Assembly (NCBI GenBank): GCA_965277345.1
Contig: CBDICI010000002.1
Coordinates: 208,055-272,054 of the forward strand
From: Caulobacteraceae bacterium
GTDB taxonomy: Bacteria; Pseudomonadota; Alphaproteobacteria; Caulobacterales; Caulobacteraceae
Length of the DNA stretch: 64,000 nt
Reading direction: 5' to 3'
Below are positions 28,401-37,226 of the stretch, one piece after another. Positions within the stretch are counted from its first letter, which is position 1; each line of letters starts with the position of its first letter. The notes below the pieces were generated by a model, which did no database searches, was not told the DNA's origin, and saw only the letters and a list, made by a program, of their open reading frames with translations. The position numbers were made by a program, and so were the translations under genes.

Positions 28401-28570
28401 TTGATGCGCGAGCCGGTGACGACCACGTCGTCGGTGCAGTTGCCGTTCTTGTCGGGCGACGGGCAGTTCTGGGTGCTCTGCGCGAAGGCGTGGCCGGTCA
28501 GCAGGGTGAATGCGGCGCCGGCCACAAGGGTGGACGCCAGCAGTCGCGCGCGATGTGAACTGTGTTGCAA
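25475..28570 (-). CDS. TonB-dependent outer-membrane receptor (about 1030 aa)
   Basis: TTG start at 28570 lies 7 nt after GGAGGA. The protein has a signal peptide (LLTGHAFA-Q), a TonB box/plug (DDVVVTGSRIKR, IEVLRDGASSIYGSDA) and a terminal Phe (RVTKKF). Confidence 0.88.
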   Translation of the reverse strand: MQHSSHRARLLASTLVAGAAFTLLTGHAFAQSTQNCPSPDKNGNCTDDVVVTGSRIKRDSFTSPDPIQVITAEQASLSGYADTASLLQQSSIATGTFQTGDQLTGFVTTGGAGNKTLALSRLGAQRTIILLDGKRLGPAGISGTVGPVSLDTIPEYSIERIEVLRDGASSIYGSDAVAGVVNIITKRKHDGGSLSAYTSQAELAGGNAYSISGEFGKTFDKGYIDIGGEYFEQERVSRGQRYYTSCAEDYVFNPTTGARADFVGTTANDGHNYKCYNSSNNDIAVSYTAINPATGKPQGQSATIQYLQPGYAYPGYAGGNDVPASIAATFARQARNGFPGTFGYGNYTSPYVDRASVISPDKHFSANLNAAYDFTSHTQLYGQLLFNDRISTQNGARQYFPGSGAAGNALNAAFIGGNPNNIFAGTGVNPIYPIIEQPYDSHQNVKYYRGVVGLKGDFANAGWFSRFSYDVYGVYSRSDADYSVDQIYLDRTDALTNSAAPCTTVGIINVSNYSCANLPNGIPLFSQRVLSGNFTQAERNFLFFKANGTTTYDQYILEGDITGDLFTLPAGVVSLAIGASYRHDHIDDTPDPQVQAGNSWGFSAAGHTVGSDAVKEVYAEVTVPILKDFPFVKNLSFDLSGRYSDYDSYGSTSTYKVSGNWTVIPDLRFRGSVGTSFRAPALYELYLAHQTSFSGQSSVDPCYNYGTNNPSQTIQNACAALGIPNNYVGVQNPGGGSSATLSTGGGKGSLQAETSQAKSIGFIVSPKHFGIDRWSNLAVSVDYTDIQVHNEVATFGAYNIISQCLQGVTAFCSLYKRDLNPTSPTYFNIISVNNNYVNVASQGVRFLDANIHMDHNFGEFGKLSVETKATFTFSDKRRLLGNSIPTNYNGGTYNYDAPAMSGDINIQYDLRDWTVFWRVSGVGKGSDTSFIGFDTSPTSRYATTLSPTTGAAIPTAVHYKYETEALIFHTVSVRKRLPQFDAEVTVGISNLFDEAPPLESTGQFRIGDAAIGYSDEVMIGRSYYARVTKKF

Positions 28571-28699
28571 CTCGATATCCTCCAACCGCTGGCTGCGGCG
28601 AATCCGGTGCGTCAATGCGGAGGGCCCCCTACCGCACCTTCTCGCTAACGGCGGGCGCCGGGCGCCGTCAATACAATTGACACAAACCCGCCACACCGA

Positions 28700-28723
28700 T
28701 GTCAACGTGTCGCAAGGTTGACA
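28700..28723. promoter_or_regulatory. Perfect inverted repeat TGTCAAC-N10-GTTGACA (candidate operator)
   Basis: Read directly from the sequence. It lies in the divergent region between the receptor gene and the TIGR01244-like gene. A further TTGACA is at 28677-28682. Confidence 0.35.
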
Positions 28724-28834
28724 CAGTTTTAACGCCCTCACCGCGCCATGCGGCGGAACGGGATCGGTGGAGACTGTCGGGCCGGGGCCGCAAGGTCGGT
28801 TCCCAAGTGCGACGAGGCGTCCTACCTTTGGGGC

Positions 28835-29239
28835 ATGATGGATATCCGCACCGTAACGCCCGACTTCGCCGTGGCGCCGCAGATCGAGCCCGCGGACCTC
28901 GCCGCCGCCAAGGCGCGGGGCTTCACCCTGGTGATCAACAACCGGCCGGACGGCGAGGCGCCGGACCAGCCGACCAGCGCCGAGATACAGGCGGCGGCGG
29001 CGGCGGCCGGGCTGGATTATGTGCACGTGCCCGTGGTCGGCCGGCCGGGCGAGGCGCAGGTCGAGGCGGTGTCCGCCGCGCTGACGGAGGCCAAGGGCCC
29101 GGTGCTGGCCTTCTGCCGCTCGGGCACGCGCTCCATCGTCACCTGGGCGCTCGGCCAGGCGGCGGGCGGGCGGCGCACCCGGGAGGATTTGGTCGGCCTC
29201 GGACAGGCGGCAGGCTACGACCTCACCGGCGTCGTTTGA
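28835..29239 (+). CDS. TIGR01244/DUF442-type (beta-lactamase hydrolase-like N-domain) sulfur-transferase/phosphatase-fold protein
   Basis: MMDIRTVTPDFAVAPQIEPADL...VINNRPDGE...FCRSGTRS is the typical signature of this small family. The alternative start is ATG 28838. Confidence 0.72.
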   Translation: MMDIRTVTPDFAVAPQIEPADLAAAKARGFTLVINNRPDGEAPDQPTSAEIQAAAAAAGLDYVHVPVVGRPGEAQVEAVSAALTEAKGPVLAFCRSGTRSIVTWALGQAAGGRRTREDLVGLGQAAGYDLTGVV

Positions 29240-29242
29240 GGC

Positions 29243-29398
29243 CTAGCGTGAAAGGGCGACGCGGACCGCGCCCATGGGGAGCGGCTCCTCGTGACAGCCG
29301 GAGAGGGTAATGAACAGCTGCATCGCCATGAGACAGAGCAGGGCCGCCACCGGCGGCTGGAGCCGTTTTGAGACGAAAACCGCGGCGTGGGCGGCCAT
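29243..29398 (-). CDS. Candidate 51-aa lipoprotein
   Basis: An AAGGA sequence lies 8 nt upstream of ATG 29398. The protein has a basic n-region, a hydrophobic core and a canonical lipobox LSG-C. The mature peptide would be only about 17 aa. Confidence 0.3.
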   Translation of the reverse strand: MAAHAAVFVSKRLQPPVAALLCLMAMQLFITLSGCHEEPLPMGAVRVALSR

Positions 29399-29464
29399 GG
29401 GGCGCATCCTTACTGAAATCCTGACCCCGCTTCGCAAGGACCGGGCCGCGGACGGGACCCGCCG

Positions 29465-30346
29465 GTGATCCCCTTCGTGCGCGAGATCGATCCGGCCTAT
29501 GGGCGGGCGGTGGTGGTCTCCCCGCTGGTGCGGCGGGTGACCGCCCACAATCCGGGCCCGTTCACCTATCTCGGCACGGGGACCTATATCGTCGGCCACG
29601 GCGAGGTGGCGGTGATCGACGCCGGGCCGGACCTGCCCGACCATCTCGAAGCGCTGGTGAGCGCGCTGGACGGGGAGCGGGTGACGGCGATCCTCACCAC
29701 CCACACCCATGCGGACCACTCGCCCCTGTCTCATCCGCTGGCCGCGCGCGTGGGGCGAGCGACCGTCTATGGCCGGGCCGACCCCATGCTGGGCTCTTCC
29801 GAGGCGGCGAGCGACACCGCCTTTCGCCCGGATGTGGCGGTGGCGGACGGGCAGCGCGTCGCCGGCCCCGGTTGGACGCTGGAGGCCATCGCCACCCCCG
29901 GCCACGCCTCCAACCACGTCTGCTATGCGCTGCTGGAGGAGAATACGCTGTTTTCCGGCGACCACGTGATGGGCTGGTCCACCACAGTGGTCTCGCCGCC
30001 TGACGGGGACATGACCGCCTATTACGCCAGCCTGACCAGAGTGGAGGCGCGGAACTTCGCCACCCTGATACCCACCCACGGCCCGCCGATTACCGAGGTT
30101 CAACCCTTCCTTTCCGCCTATCGCGCCCACCGGCTGGAGCGCGAGCGCCAGATTCTGGAGCAGATCGCGCTCGGCCGCCCGACCATCGCCGAGATGGTTC
30201 CGGCGATGTACGCGGCGGTGGATCCGCGCCTGCATCCCGCCGCCGCCCGTTCGGTGCTGGCCCACCTGATCCATCTGGTGCGCGCGGGGGTCGTCGCCAC
30301 CGATGGCGAAGCCGGCCCGCTTAGCCGCTATCGGCTAACCGGTTAG
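29465..30346 (+). CDS. MBL-fold metallo-hydrolase
   Basis: The HTHADH motif and downstream His/Asp ligands are present. Length is 293 aa. Confidence 0.85.
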   Translation: MIPFVREIDPAYGRAVVVSPLVRRVTAHNPGPFTYLGTGTYIVGHGEVAVIDAGPDLPDHLEALVSALDGERVTAILTTHTHADHSPLSHPLAARVGRATVYGRADPMLGSSEAASDTAFRPDVAVADGQRVAGPGWTLEAIATPGHASNHVCYALLEENTLFSGDHVMGWSTTVVSPPDGDMTAYYASLTRVEARNFATLIPTHGPPITEVQPFLSAYRAHRLERERQILEQIALGRPTIAEMVPAMYAAVDPRLHPAAARSVLAHLIHLVRAGVVATDGEAGPLSRYRLTG

Positions 30347-31113
30347 TTCGGGGTCAGCGCCGCCCTGATCTGGGTGATGCGGCGGCAGTTGTGGCCGTGG
30401 TCGACCTGCCCCTGGCGGCTGATGGAGCGCAGGTCGATGCGCGATCCCGCGCCGTCGGGCCGGACGCGGACCATCAGGTCCTCCTTCATGTTCCAGAAGT
30501 TGGTGGAGACGCCCTCGATGACGCCGTGCGGCGCATCGGTGGTCACCAGGTGCAGGCCCCGGCCGCTCACCGCCTTCAGCGCCAGGGCATAGGCCTTGTC
30601 CGTTGGCTGCATCAGGGTGATCGGCACGGCGGCGGGACAGGTGCGGGCGTTCACCTCGCCGACGGGGTGGCCCGCGTCCACCGCGGCGCCCGCCGGGACC
30701 GTCGGCGCGGCCTCCACCGGATTGGCGTCCGCGCCGCGCTGGGCGGCCAGGGCCGCGCTCGGCATCGGCGGATCGGTCCAGCTGGTGGCGACATCGTGCA
30801 CCGGCGGATACTTGGCCCGCTCCGCCTGCTGCATGGACATCGCCATATAGACGAGAGCGCCGAGCACGACGGCCGCCAGTGCGGTCATGAATCCGACCCG
30901 AAGCCGGCTGATCGCGGCCATGAGCACGGCGACCAGGCCGAGCGCGACGGCGACCAGCGCCAGTGGCTGGGGTGCACGATAGAGCAGGAACGCCGCCGTC
31001 CCCCACTTCAGCCAGCCGTATTTGAAGCCGAACAAGGCGAGGCCGATCACCGCGCCGCTCATGAGGGCGAAGGCCAGCGCCAGAGAGGCCATCCAATGGG
31101 GGCGGCGCATCAC
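30343..31113 (-). CDS. Membrane protein with C-terminal DUF1499-like domain
   Basis: Three or four N-terminal TM segments are followed by a soluble domain ending MVRVRPDGAGSRIDLRSISRQGQVDHGHNCRRI. There is a 4-nt overlap with the upstream acyl-CoA ligase gene. Confidence 0.6.
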   Translation of the reverse strand: MMRRPHWMASLALAFALMSGAVIGLALFGFKYGWLKWGTAAFLLYRAPQPLALVAVALGLVAVLMAAISRLRVGFMTALAAVVLGALVYMAMSMQQAERAKYPPVHDVATSWTDPPMPSAALAAQRGADANPVEAAPTVPAGAAVDAGHPVGEVNARTCPAAVPITLMQPTDKAYALALKAVSGRGLHLVTTDAPHGVIEGVSTNFWNMKEDLMVRVRPDGAGSRIDLRSISRQGQVDHGHNCRRITQIRAALTPN

Positions 31114-32741
31114 TCCGCCGCCACGGCTTCCGGCCAGCGATAGCCCTCATACTTCTGGCGGATCAGCTTCTTGTCGATCTTGCCGGTGGCGCCGAGGGGC
31201 ACGGTGTCGAACACCACGTCGTTGGGCGTCCACCACTTGGCGATCTTGCCGTCGAGAAAGCTCAGGAACTCCTCCTTGGTGGCGTGCTCGCCGGGCTTGA
31301 GCTGGACGATCAGCAGCGGGCGCTCGTCCCATTTGGGATGGGGCAGGCCCACCACCGCGGCCAGGGCCGCCTTGGGGTGGCCGGCGGCGATGTTCTCGAT
31401 CTCGATGGAGGATATCCACTCGCCGCCGGACTTGATCACATCCTTGGCGCGGTCGGTGATCTGCATGTAGCCGAGCGAATCCAGGGTGGCCACGTCGCCG
31501 GTGTCGAAAAAGCCCTGCTCGTCGAGGATATCGCCACCCTCCGCCTTGAAATAGGCCCTGGCCACCGAATGGCCCGCCACCTTCAGCCGGCCGAAGGTCT
31601 CGCCGTCGTGGGGCAACAGGTCGCCCTCGTCGTCGGTCAGCTTCATGTCCACGCCCAGCGGCACGCGGCCCTGCTTCAGCCGATAGGGCATCTGTGCATC
31701 GAACGGCAGCGCCGCCACCGTGGCGCAGGGCACGCCCACAGACCCCACCGGCGACATCTCCGTCATGCCCCACAGGTGGAGCACCTCCACGTTATAATCG
31801 TCGTTGAAGGTGCGGATGATGCTTTCCGGACAGGCGGAGCCGCCGATCAAGACCTTCTTCAGATGCGGCAGTTTGGCGCCCGTCTTCTGCAGGTGCTGCA
31901 GCAGCATCTGGAACACGGTGGGCACGGCGGCGGAGACGGTGACCGCTTCGCTCTCCAGCAACTCAAGGATCGCCGCCCCGTCCATCTGGTTGCCGGGCAG
32001 CACCAGCTTGGCCCCCACCGCTGGGCCGGAGAAGCTGAGACCCCAGGCGTTGGCGTGGAACATGGGCACCACCATCAGCACGCTGTCGGCCGAGGAGAGG
32101 CCCTGCACGTCCGCCTGCAGGCTCATCAGCGTGTGCAGATAGTTGGAGCGGTGGGAATACAGCACGCCCTTGGGATTGCCGGTGGTGCCCGACGTGTAGC
32201 AGAGCCCCGCGGCGGTATCCTCCGCGAACCGGCCCCAGGGGCACTGGTCCGACTGGCCCTGGATAAAGCTCTCGTAGGAGACGCCCTCAAGCTCGCCCGG
32301 CACGTGCGCGTCGGAGGTCAGCCAGACGATCCGCTCCACCTTGGGGCACTGGCCGATGACGCCTTGCAGGATCGGGGCGGTGACGGTGTCCGCCAGGATG
32401 ATGCGATCCTCGGCGTGGTTGATGATGTAGATCAGCTGTTCGGCGAACAGGCGCGGGTTCAGCGTGTGGCAGACCGCGCCGATGCCCATGACGCCGTACC
32501 AGGCCTCGATATGGCGGGCGGTGTTGAAGGCCAGGGTGGCCACCCGGTCGCCCGGCTTGATCCCGTGCGCGAGCAGCGCGTTGGACAGCTTCTTGGCGCG
32601 GGCGCGGATCTGGCCATAGGTGGTGCGCACGATACCGCCCTCGATGGAACGGCTGACCACCTCGCGGCCGCCATGCCACGTCGCCCCGTGATCCAGGATC
32701 TTGTCGACCGTCAGCGGCCAGTCCTGCATCAAGCCTTCCAT
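31110..32741 (-). CDS. Long-chain fatty-acid--CoA ligase (AMP-binding enzyme)
   Basis: The AMP-binding motif [12 protein letters not shown] is present, along with GWFDTGD-like and C-terminal domain motifs. Length is 543 aa. Confidence 0.9.
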   Translation of the reverse strand: MEGLMQDWPLTVDKILDHGATWHGGREVVSRSIEGGIVRTTYGQIRARAKKLSNALLAHGIKPGDRVATLAFNTARHIEAWYGVMGIGAVCHTLNPRLFAEQLIYIINHAEDRIILADTVTAPILQGVIGQCPKVERIVWLTSDAHVPGELEGVSYESFIQGQSDQCPWGRFAEDTAAGLCYTSGTTGNPKGVLYSHRSNYLHTLMSLQADVQGLSSADSVLMVVPMFHANAWGLSFSGPAVGAKLVLPGNQMDGAAILELLESEAVTVSAAVPTVFQMLLQHLQKTGAKLPHLKKVLIGGSACPESIIRTFNDDYNVEVLHLWGMTEMSPVGSVGVPCATVAALPFDAQMPYRLKQGRVPLGVDMKLTDDEGDLLPHDGETFGRLKVAGHSVARAYFKAEGGDILDEQGFFDTGDVATLDSLGYMQITDRAKDVIKSGGEWISSIEIENIAAGHPKAALAAVVGLPHPKWDERPLLIVQLKPGEHATKEEFLSFLDGKIAKWWTPNDVVFDTVPLGATGKIDKKLIRQKYEGYRWPEAVAAE

Positions 32742-32822
32742 ACGCCTTCTCCCACCGGCTATTTGCCCCTAAGCCTAATCGCAGCGCGCCCGGCGGGCAA
32801 CGCGGCGTAGCGGCGGAATGGC

Positions 32823-33473
32823 ATGACGATCCTGGTGGCGATCACGGGCGGCTCCGGCTCGGGCAAGAGCACCCTGGCGGCGGGGCTGGCGGCGGCCCTG
32901 CCGCCCGGGGCGGCGACGCTGATCTCCGAGGACTGGTACTATCGCGACTGTTCGCTGTTTCCGGACTTCGACCCCGCCACCTTCGATTTCGACGACATCG
33001 CCGTGCGCGATCATGACCTGATGGTCGAGCATCTCGCGGCGCTGCGGGCGGGGCGGTCCGTCAGCGCGCCGGTCTACGACTTCGTCGCCCATGCGCGCAG
33101 GCCTGACGCCTTCCAGCCCATCGCCCCCGCCCCGGTGGTGATCGTCGAGGGAACCCACCTGCTCTGTTCCGCAAAGGTGGCGGCCCGGTTCGACCTGCGC
33201 CTCTATCTCGATACGCCCGACGACGTGCGCTTCATCCGCCGCCTGTTGCGCGATCAGGAACACCGCGGCCGCACCGCCCGTTCAGTGATCGCGCAGTATC
33301 TCGCCACCGTGCGCCCGGCCCACTTTCGCCTGACGCACGAAAGCCGGGCGCGCGCCGACCTCATCGTCCGCGACGACTCGACCACCGTGGACCGACCCGA
33401 CCCGGATGCGGTGGCGGCGCTGGTGCGGCCGCTGCTGGCGCACCCGCTGTTCGCCGCCTTGACCGGCCCTTAG
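32823..33473 (+). CDS. udk: Uridine kinase / PRK-family nucleoside kinase
   Basis: P-loop ITGGSGSGKST is present and the protein has uridine kinase-like length and motifs. Confidence 0.8.
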   Translation: MTILVAITGGSGSGKSTLAAGLAAALPPGAATLISEDWYYRDCSLFPDFDPATFDFDDIAVRDHDLMVEHLAALRAGRSVSAPVYDFVAHARRPDAFQPIAPAPVVIVEGTHLLCSAKVAARFDLRLYLDTPDDVRFIRRLLRDQEHRGRTARSVIAQYLATVRPAHFRLTHESRARADLIVRDDSTTVDRPDPDAVAALVRPLLAHPLFAALTGP

Positions 33474-34066
33474 AGCGGCTCGGGGTCCGCCTCCACCGGC
33501 GGTTCGGCCATGTCCTGGGTCTCCTTGATCGCCTCCAGCATCACCCCGGGATTGGCCGGCTGCGCCATGGCGACCGCCTCGGCGTCATAGCGGTTGTGCA
33601 CCTGCGGCATGTCGCGGCGGAGCTCCTCGATCAGCTGGATCAGCTTGGCCGTCTTCTGTTCGCTGGTGATGACCAGTTCCAGATTGAGCTGCTCGCGCAG
33701 TTCCGACAGTTCGTTCTCCCGCCGTTGCGTGGCGAGGATGAAGACCGCGATGTAAAGCGCCATCAGACTGGCCGCGCCCTGCAGCCAGTTGAACGGCGCT
33801 GGGTCCGGACGGGGCAGCCCCATGAGCGGAGCCAGCAGATTGTAGCCGAGCCAGAGCGCGACCACGACGCTGAGGCCGCCGACGAAGGTAGTGCGGCCGA
33901 TGAAGGCGGTCAGGCGCTCCACCGCGCGCTGGAACGGGGTCGCGTTCTTGCGATGCTCGGCCTGCAGCCGCGCGATCGCCTGGATCGTTTCCTCGATATG
34001 CGCCGGGAGGATAGGCGTCGATTCGCTCATGGCGACGGATCCTGGCAGGAGTTGGCTCAGCGGCAT
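33470..34066 (-). CDS. DUF1003 domain membrane protein
   Basis: Two TM helices are followed by a coiled C-terminus (ATQRRENELSELREQLNLELV), as is typical of DUF1003. Confidence 0.72.
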   Translation of the reverse strand: MPLSQLLPGSVAMSESTPILPAHIEETIQAIARLQAEHRKNATPFQRAVERLTAFIGRTTFVGGLSVVVALWLGYNLLAPLMGLPRPDPAPFNWLQGAASLMALYIAVFILATQRRENELSELREQLNLELVITSEQKTAKLIQLIEELRRDMPQVHNRYDAEAVAMAQPANPGVMLEAIKETQDMAEPPVEADPEPL

Positions 34067-34172
34067 GAGCGCGTTCTTTTTTCAGCCGTTCAGCGATCGA
34101 CGCCCTCAGACTGGCAGCTAAGTCCCGGGCGGGCAATCACACGCGTCAGCCCTGGCCCTCGCCGGGGACATA

Positions 34173-34769
34173 TCAGGGATAGAGCCGCACGGTCTCCCAG
34201 CCCCGCGCGGTGCTGGTGAACTTCAGCCGGTCGTGCAGGCGAAAGGCGCCGTCCTTCCAGAACTCGATCTCGCTGGGCGCGATGCGAAAGCCCGACCAGT
34301 GGGGCGGGCGGGGAATCTCGCCCAGCCCGAACTTCAGGGCGTATTCGCCCACCCGCTTCTCCAGCGCGAAGCGACCCTCCAGCGGGCGCGACTGGTCGGA
34401 GGCCCAGGCGCCGATGCGGCTGTCGCGCGGCCGGCTGGCGAAATAGGCGTCGGCCTCCGCCCCCGTCACGGGCTCCACCGGCCCGCGGATGCGCACCTGG
34501 CGGCGGAGCGACTTCCAGTGGAACAGCAGCGCCGCCTTGGGCGTGGCCAGAAGCTCCCGCCCCTTGGCCGACTCGAAATTGGTGTAGAACACAAAGCCCC
34601 GCGCATCGTGCCCCTTGAGCAGCACCATGCGTACATCGGGCAGGCCCTCCGCATCGACGGTGGCCAGGGCCATGCCGGTGGGATCGTTGAGCTCGCTCGT
34701 TGTCGCCTCCGCCAGCCAGGCGTCGAACAGGGCGAGAGGCTCAGTGCGGTTGTCGAACGGATCGGCCAT
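34173..34769 (-). CDS. pdxH: Pyridoxamine 5'-phosphate oxidase
   Basis: PdxH signatures are present ([32 protein letters not shown]-terminal RLYP). Confidence 0.93.
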   Translation of the reverse strand: MADPFDNRTEPLALFDAWLAEATTSELNDPTGMALATVDAEGLPDVRMVLLKGHDARGFVFYTNFESAKGRELLATPKAALLFHWKSLRRQVRIRGPVEPVTGAEADAYFASRPRDSRIGAWASDQSRPLEGRFALEKRVGEYALKFGLGEIPRPPHWSGFRIAPSEIEFWKDGAFRLHDRLKFTSTARGWETVRLYP

Positions 34770-34784
34770 GACCGCTCCTATACT

Positions 34785-34887
34785 CTGTCATCCCGGAAAG
34801 CGCGTAGCGCTTATCCGGGACCTCGATAGGCAAGGCGAACATTCATCGAGGTCCCGGCTCTTCGCTACGCTACGGCCGGGATGACAG
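34785..34887. repeat. 103-bp palindromic element: two inverted CTGTCATCCCGG-N18-CCGGGACCTCGAT units
   Basis: The arms at 34785-34829 and 34853-34887 are reverse complements at their conserved ends. The element lies between divergent pdxH and aroC. Confidence 0.65.
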
Positions 34888-34918
34888 GGGGTGAGTTGCT
34901 CGGCTAAAACCCTTCCCC

Positions 34919-36004
34919 ATGTCGCACAACACTTTCGGTCATCTGTTCCGCGTGACCACCTGGGGCGAGAGCCATGGGCCGGCGCTGGGCTGTGTGGTGG
35001 ACGGCTGCCCGCCCGGTCTCGCCCTCGACGAGGCGGAGGTGCAGCACTGGCTGGATCGGCGCAAGCCCGGCGGCTCGCGCTTTGTCACCCAGCGGCGCGA
35101 GCCGGACGCGGTGAAAATCCTCTCCGGCGTGTTCGAGGGGCAGACCACCGGTACGCCGATCTCGATGATGATCGAGAACGTCGATCCGCGCTCGACCGAC
35201 TATGGCGAGATCGCCCGCCAGTACCGGCCGGGCCACGCGGATTACACCTACCAGGCCAAGTATGGCGTGCGCGATTACCGCGGCGGCGGCCGATCCAGCG
35301 CGCGGGAGACCGCGGCGCGGGTGGCGGCGGGGGCGGTGGCGCGCCAGGTGCTGGGCGAGGCGGTGGCGATCCGCGCCTGTCTGGTGCAGATCGGACCGCA
35401 CCGGATCGACCGGGGCCGCTTGGACTGGGCGGAGCGCGAGAACAATCCGTTCTGGTGTCCCGATCCGGCCATGGTCCCGGTGTGGGAGGCCTTCCTCGAT
35501 GGGGTGCGCAAGGCCGGCTCCTCCACCGGCGCCGTGGTCGAGGTGCAGGCCACGGGCGCGCCCGCCGGCTGGGGCGCCCCCGTCTATGGCAAGCTCGACG
35601 CCGAGATCGCCGGCGCGCTGATGTCGATCAATGCGGTCAAGGGGGTGGAGATCGGCGCGGGTTTCGCCGCCGCCGCGCTCTCGGGCGAGGAGAACGCCGA
35701 CGAGATGCGCGCGGGCACGGCGGACACCAACGGCGCGCCCGCGTTCCTGTCCAACAGCGCCGGCGGGATCCTCGGCGGCATCTCCACCGGGCAGACCCTG
35801 GTGGCGCGCATGGCGCTGAAGCCCACCTCCTCGATCCTGACCCCCCGCCGCTCCATCGACATGGACAATCACGAGATCGAGGTGCGCACCACCGGCCGTC
35901 ACGACCCGTGCGTGGGTATCCGCGCCGCGCCGGTGGCGGAGGCCATGCTGGCCTGCGTCCTGGCCGACGCCAAGCTGCGCCATCGCGGCCAGACCGGCCG
36001 CTGA
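34919..36004 (+). CDS. aroC: Chorismate synthase
   Basis: The N-terminus [20 protein letters not shown] and conserved AroC motifs run throughout. Length is 361 aa. Confidence 0.97.
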   Translation: MSHNTFGHLFRVTTWGESHGPALGCVVDGCPPGLALDEAEVQHWLDRRKPGGSRFVTQRREPDAVKILSGVFEGQTTGTPISMMIENVDPRSTDYGEIARQYRPGHADYTYQAKYGVRDYRGGGRSSARETAARVAAGAVARQVLGEAVAIRACLVQIGPHRIDRGRLDWAERENNPFWCPDPAMVPVWEAFLDGVRKAGSSTGAVVEVQATGAPAGWGAPVYGKLDAEIAGALMSINAVKGVEIGAGFAAAALSGEENADEMRAGTADTNGAPAFLSNSAGGILGGISTGQTLVARMALKPTSSILTPRRSIDMDNHEIEVRTTGRHDPCVGIRAAPVAEAMLACVLADAKLRHRGQTGR

Positions 36005-36105
36005 CGCTTCCAACGCCCCCGCGTACCGGGGAGGCGAGGGCGAGCGAGGGGTGAGGGCCGCCACTTATCCTCGGGATATCCCACCGTCCGTTCCCCTCAC
36101 CCCGG

Positions 36106-36155
36106 CCCTCTCCCAGGGGGAGAGGGGGGAGGGAGGCGCCGGCCTTGCGCCGGCG
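36106..36155. repeat. GC-rich REP-like double hairpin between convergent aroC and SDR genes
   Basis: Hairpin 1 is CCCTCTCCC-AGG-GGGAGAGGG. Hairpin 2 is CGCCGGC-CTTGC-GCCGGCG. No U-tract follows either. Confidence 0.4.
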
Positions 36156-36170
36156 TGGCCCGCGCCGCGC

Positions 36171-37130
36171 TCAGGCTCCGGTGGTCTCCGCCGACAGCGC
36201 CCAGAGGCGCTCGGCGGCCTCGGGATCGAGGGCGTGGGGCATGACGCCGACGCGGGGGTCGGCCTTGTCGAAGGGCGCGGCCTCGGCGCAGTTCTCCAGA
36301 TAGCGGCCCCCGACGCCCTCCAGCTCGGGCGCCACGGCGGCCCAGACGCTGGTGGAGGCGCCCTGCTCCGGGGTCTTGAACCCCTCCGCCACCGTCCCGT
36401 CCGCGTCGATCCAGCCGAACGCCTCCATCTCCGCGCGCGGCAGATGGCGCTGCAGCGGGGTCATGATGCCGCCCGGCATGACCGCGTTGGCGGTGACGCC
36501 GAGATCGTGGAAGCGCCGGTTGAAGCCGACGGCGAAGAGGGCGTTGGCGGTCTTGGACTGACCGTAGGCCTCCCACTTGTCGTAGGGGCGGTGGCGGAAG
36601 TTCGGGTCGTCGAAGTTCATGGCGCTGCGGCGATGGCCGATGGAGGAGAGCGCCACCACCCGCGCGGTGCGGCCGGCCTTGGCGCCCTGCAACAAGGCCG
36701 GAACCAGCCCCGTGGCCAAACGGTAGTGGCCAAAATGGTTCGTGCCGATCTGCATCTCCAGCCCATCGGCGGTGTAGGTCAGGGGGCAGGCCATCACCCC
36801 CGCATTGTTGATCAGCAGGTGCAGCGGATGCTCGCCCCAGCGGTGGGTGAAGTCGTTCACCGAGGCCAGGCTGGCGAGATCCAGCGCCTCCACCGTCACC
36901 GGGGCGCGGGCGCTTTCAGCGATGTCGGCCGCCGCCCTCGCCCCGGCTTCCAGATTGCGCACCGCCAGCACCACCCGCGCGCCGGCCTCGGACAGCGCCC
37001 GCGCCGTCTCGATCCCGATGCCCGAGGCGCCGCCGGTGACGATCGCCGTGCGGCCGGAAAGGTCCACGCCCTGCACGACCTCCCGCGCCGGGGTGAAGGC
37101 GCCGAAGCGCGAGGTGATGCGGTCGCTCAT
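36171..37130 (-). CDS. SDR family oxidoreductase (retinol-dehydrogenase-like)
   Basis: ATG 37130 gives MSDRITSRFG. The protein has a TGGASGIG motif and a Y-x3-K motif (YGQSK). Confidence 0.85.
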   Translation of the reverse strand: MSDRITSRFGAFTPAREVVQGVDLSGRTAIVTGGASGIGIETARALSEAGARVVLAVRNLEAGARAAADIAESARAPVTVEALDLASLASVNDFTHRWGEHPLHLLINNAGVMACPLTYTADGLEMQIGTNHFGHYRLATGLVPALLQGAKAGRTARVVALSSIGHRRSAMNFDDPNFRHRPYDKWEAYGQSKTANALFAVGFNRRFHDLGVTANAVMPGGIMTPLQRHLPRAEMEAFGWIDADGTVAEGFKTPEQGASTSVWAAVAPELEGVGGRYLENCAEAAPFDKADPRVGVMPHALDPEAAERLWALSAETTGA

Positions 37131-37226
37131 ATCAGTCCTCCCTACGCTCAATTTTGACCTCATGCTGAGCTTGTCGAAGGACGAGGCGAACGCACCGCCG
37201 GTGCAACGACCCCACCTCCGACATGC

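Noticed and set aside
28985-29005. (GCG)n trinucleotide run encoding poly-Ala in the TIGR01244-like gene as a contingency locus
   Set aside because: The run is short (five or six units) and in frame. Such runs are common in high-GC coding sequence, and nothing suggests variability.
28571-29026. N-terminal 150-aa extension of the large TonB receptor ORF
   Set aside because: The extension is Arg/Pro/Gly-rich and overlaps the TIGR01244-like gene on the other strand. A TTG start with GGAGGA at the correct spacing immediately precedes a normal signal peptide.
29243-30274. 343-aa minus-strand ORF
   Set aside because: It is antisense to the MBL hydrolase gene. Only its last ~51 codons, which lie outside the MBL gene, are kept as a speculative lipoprotein.
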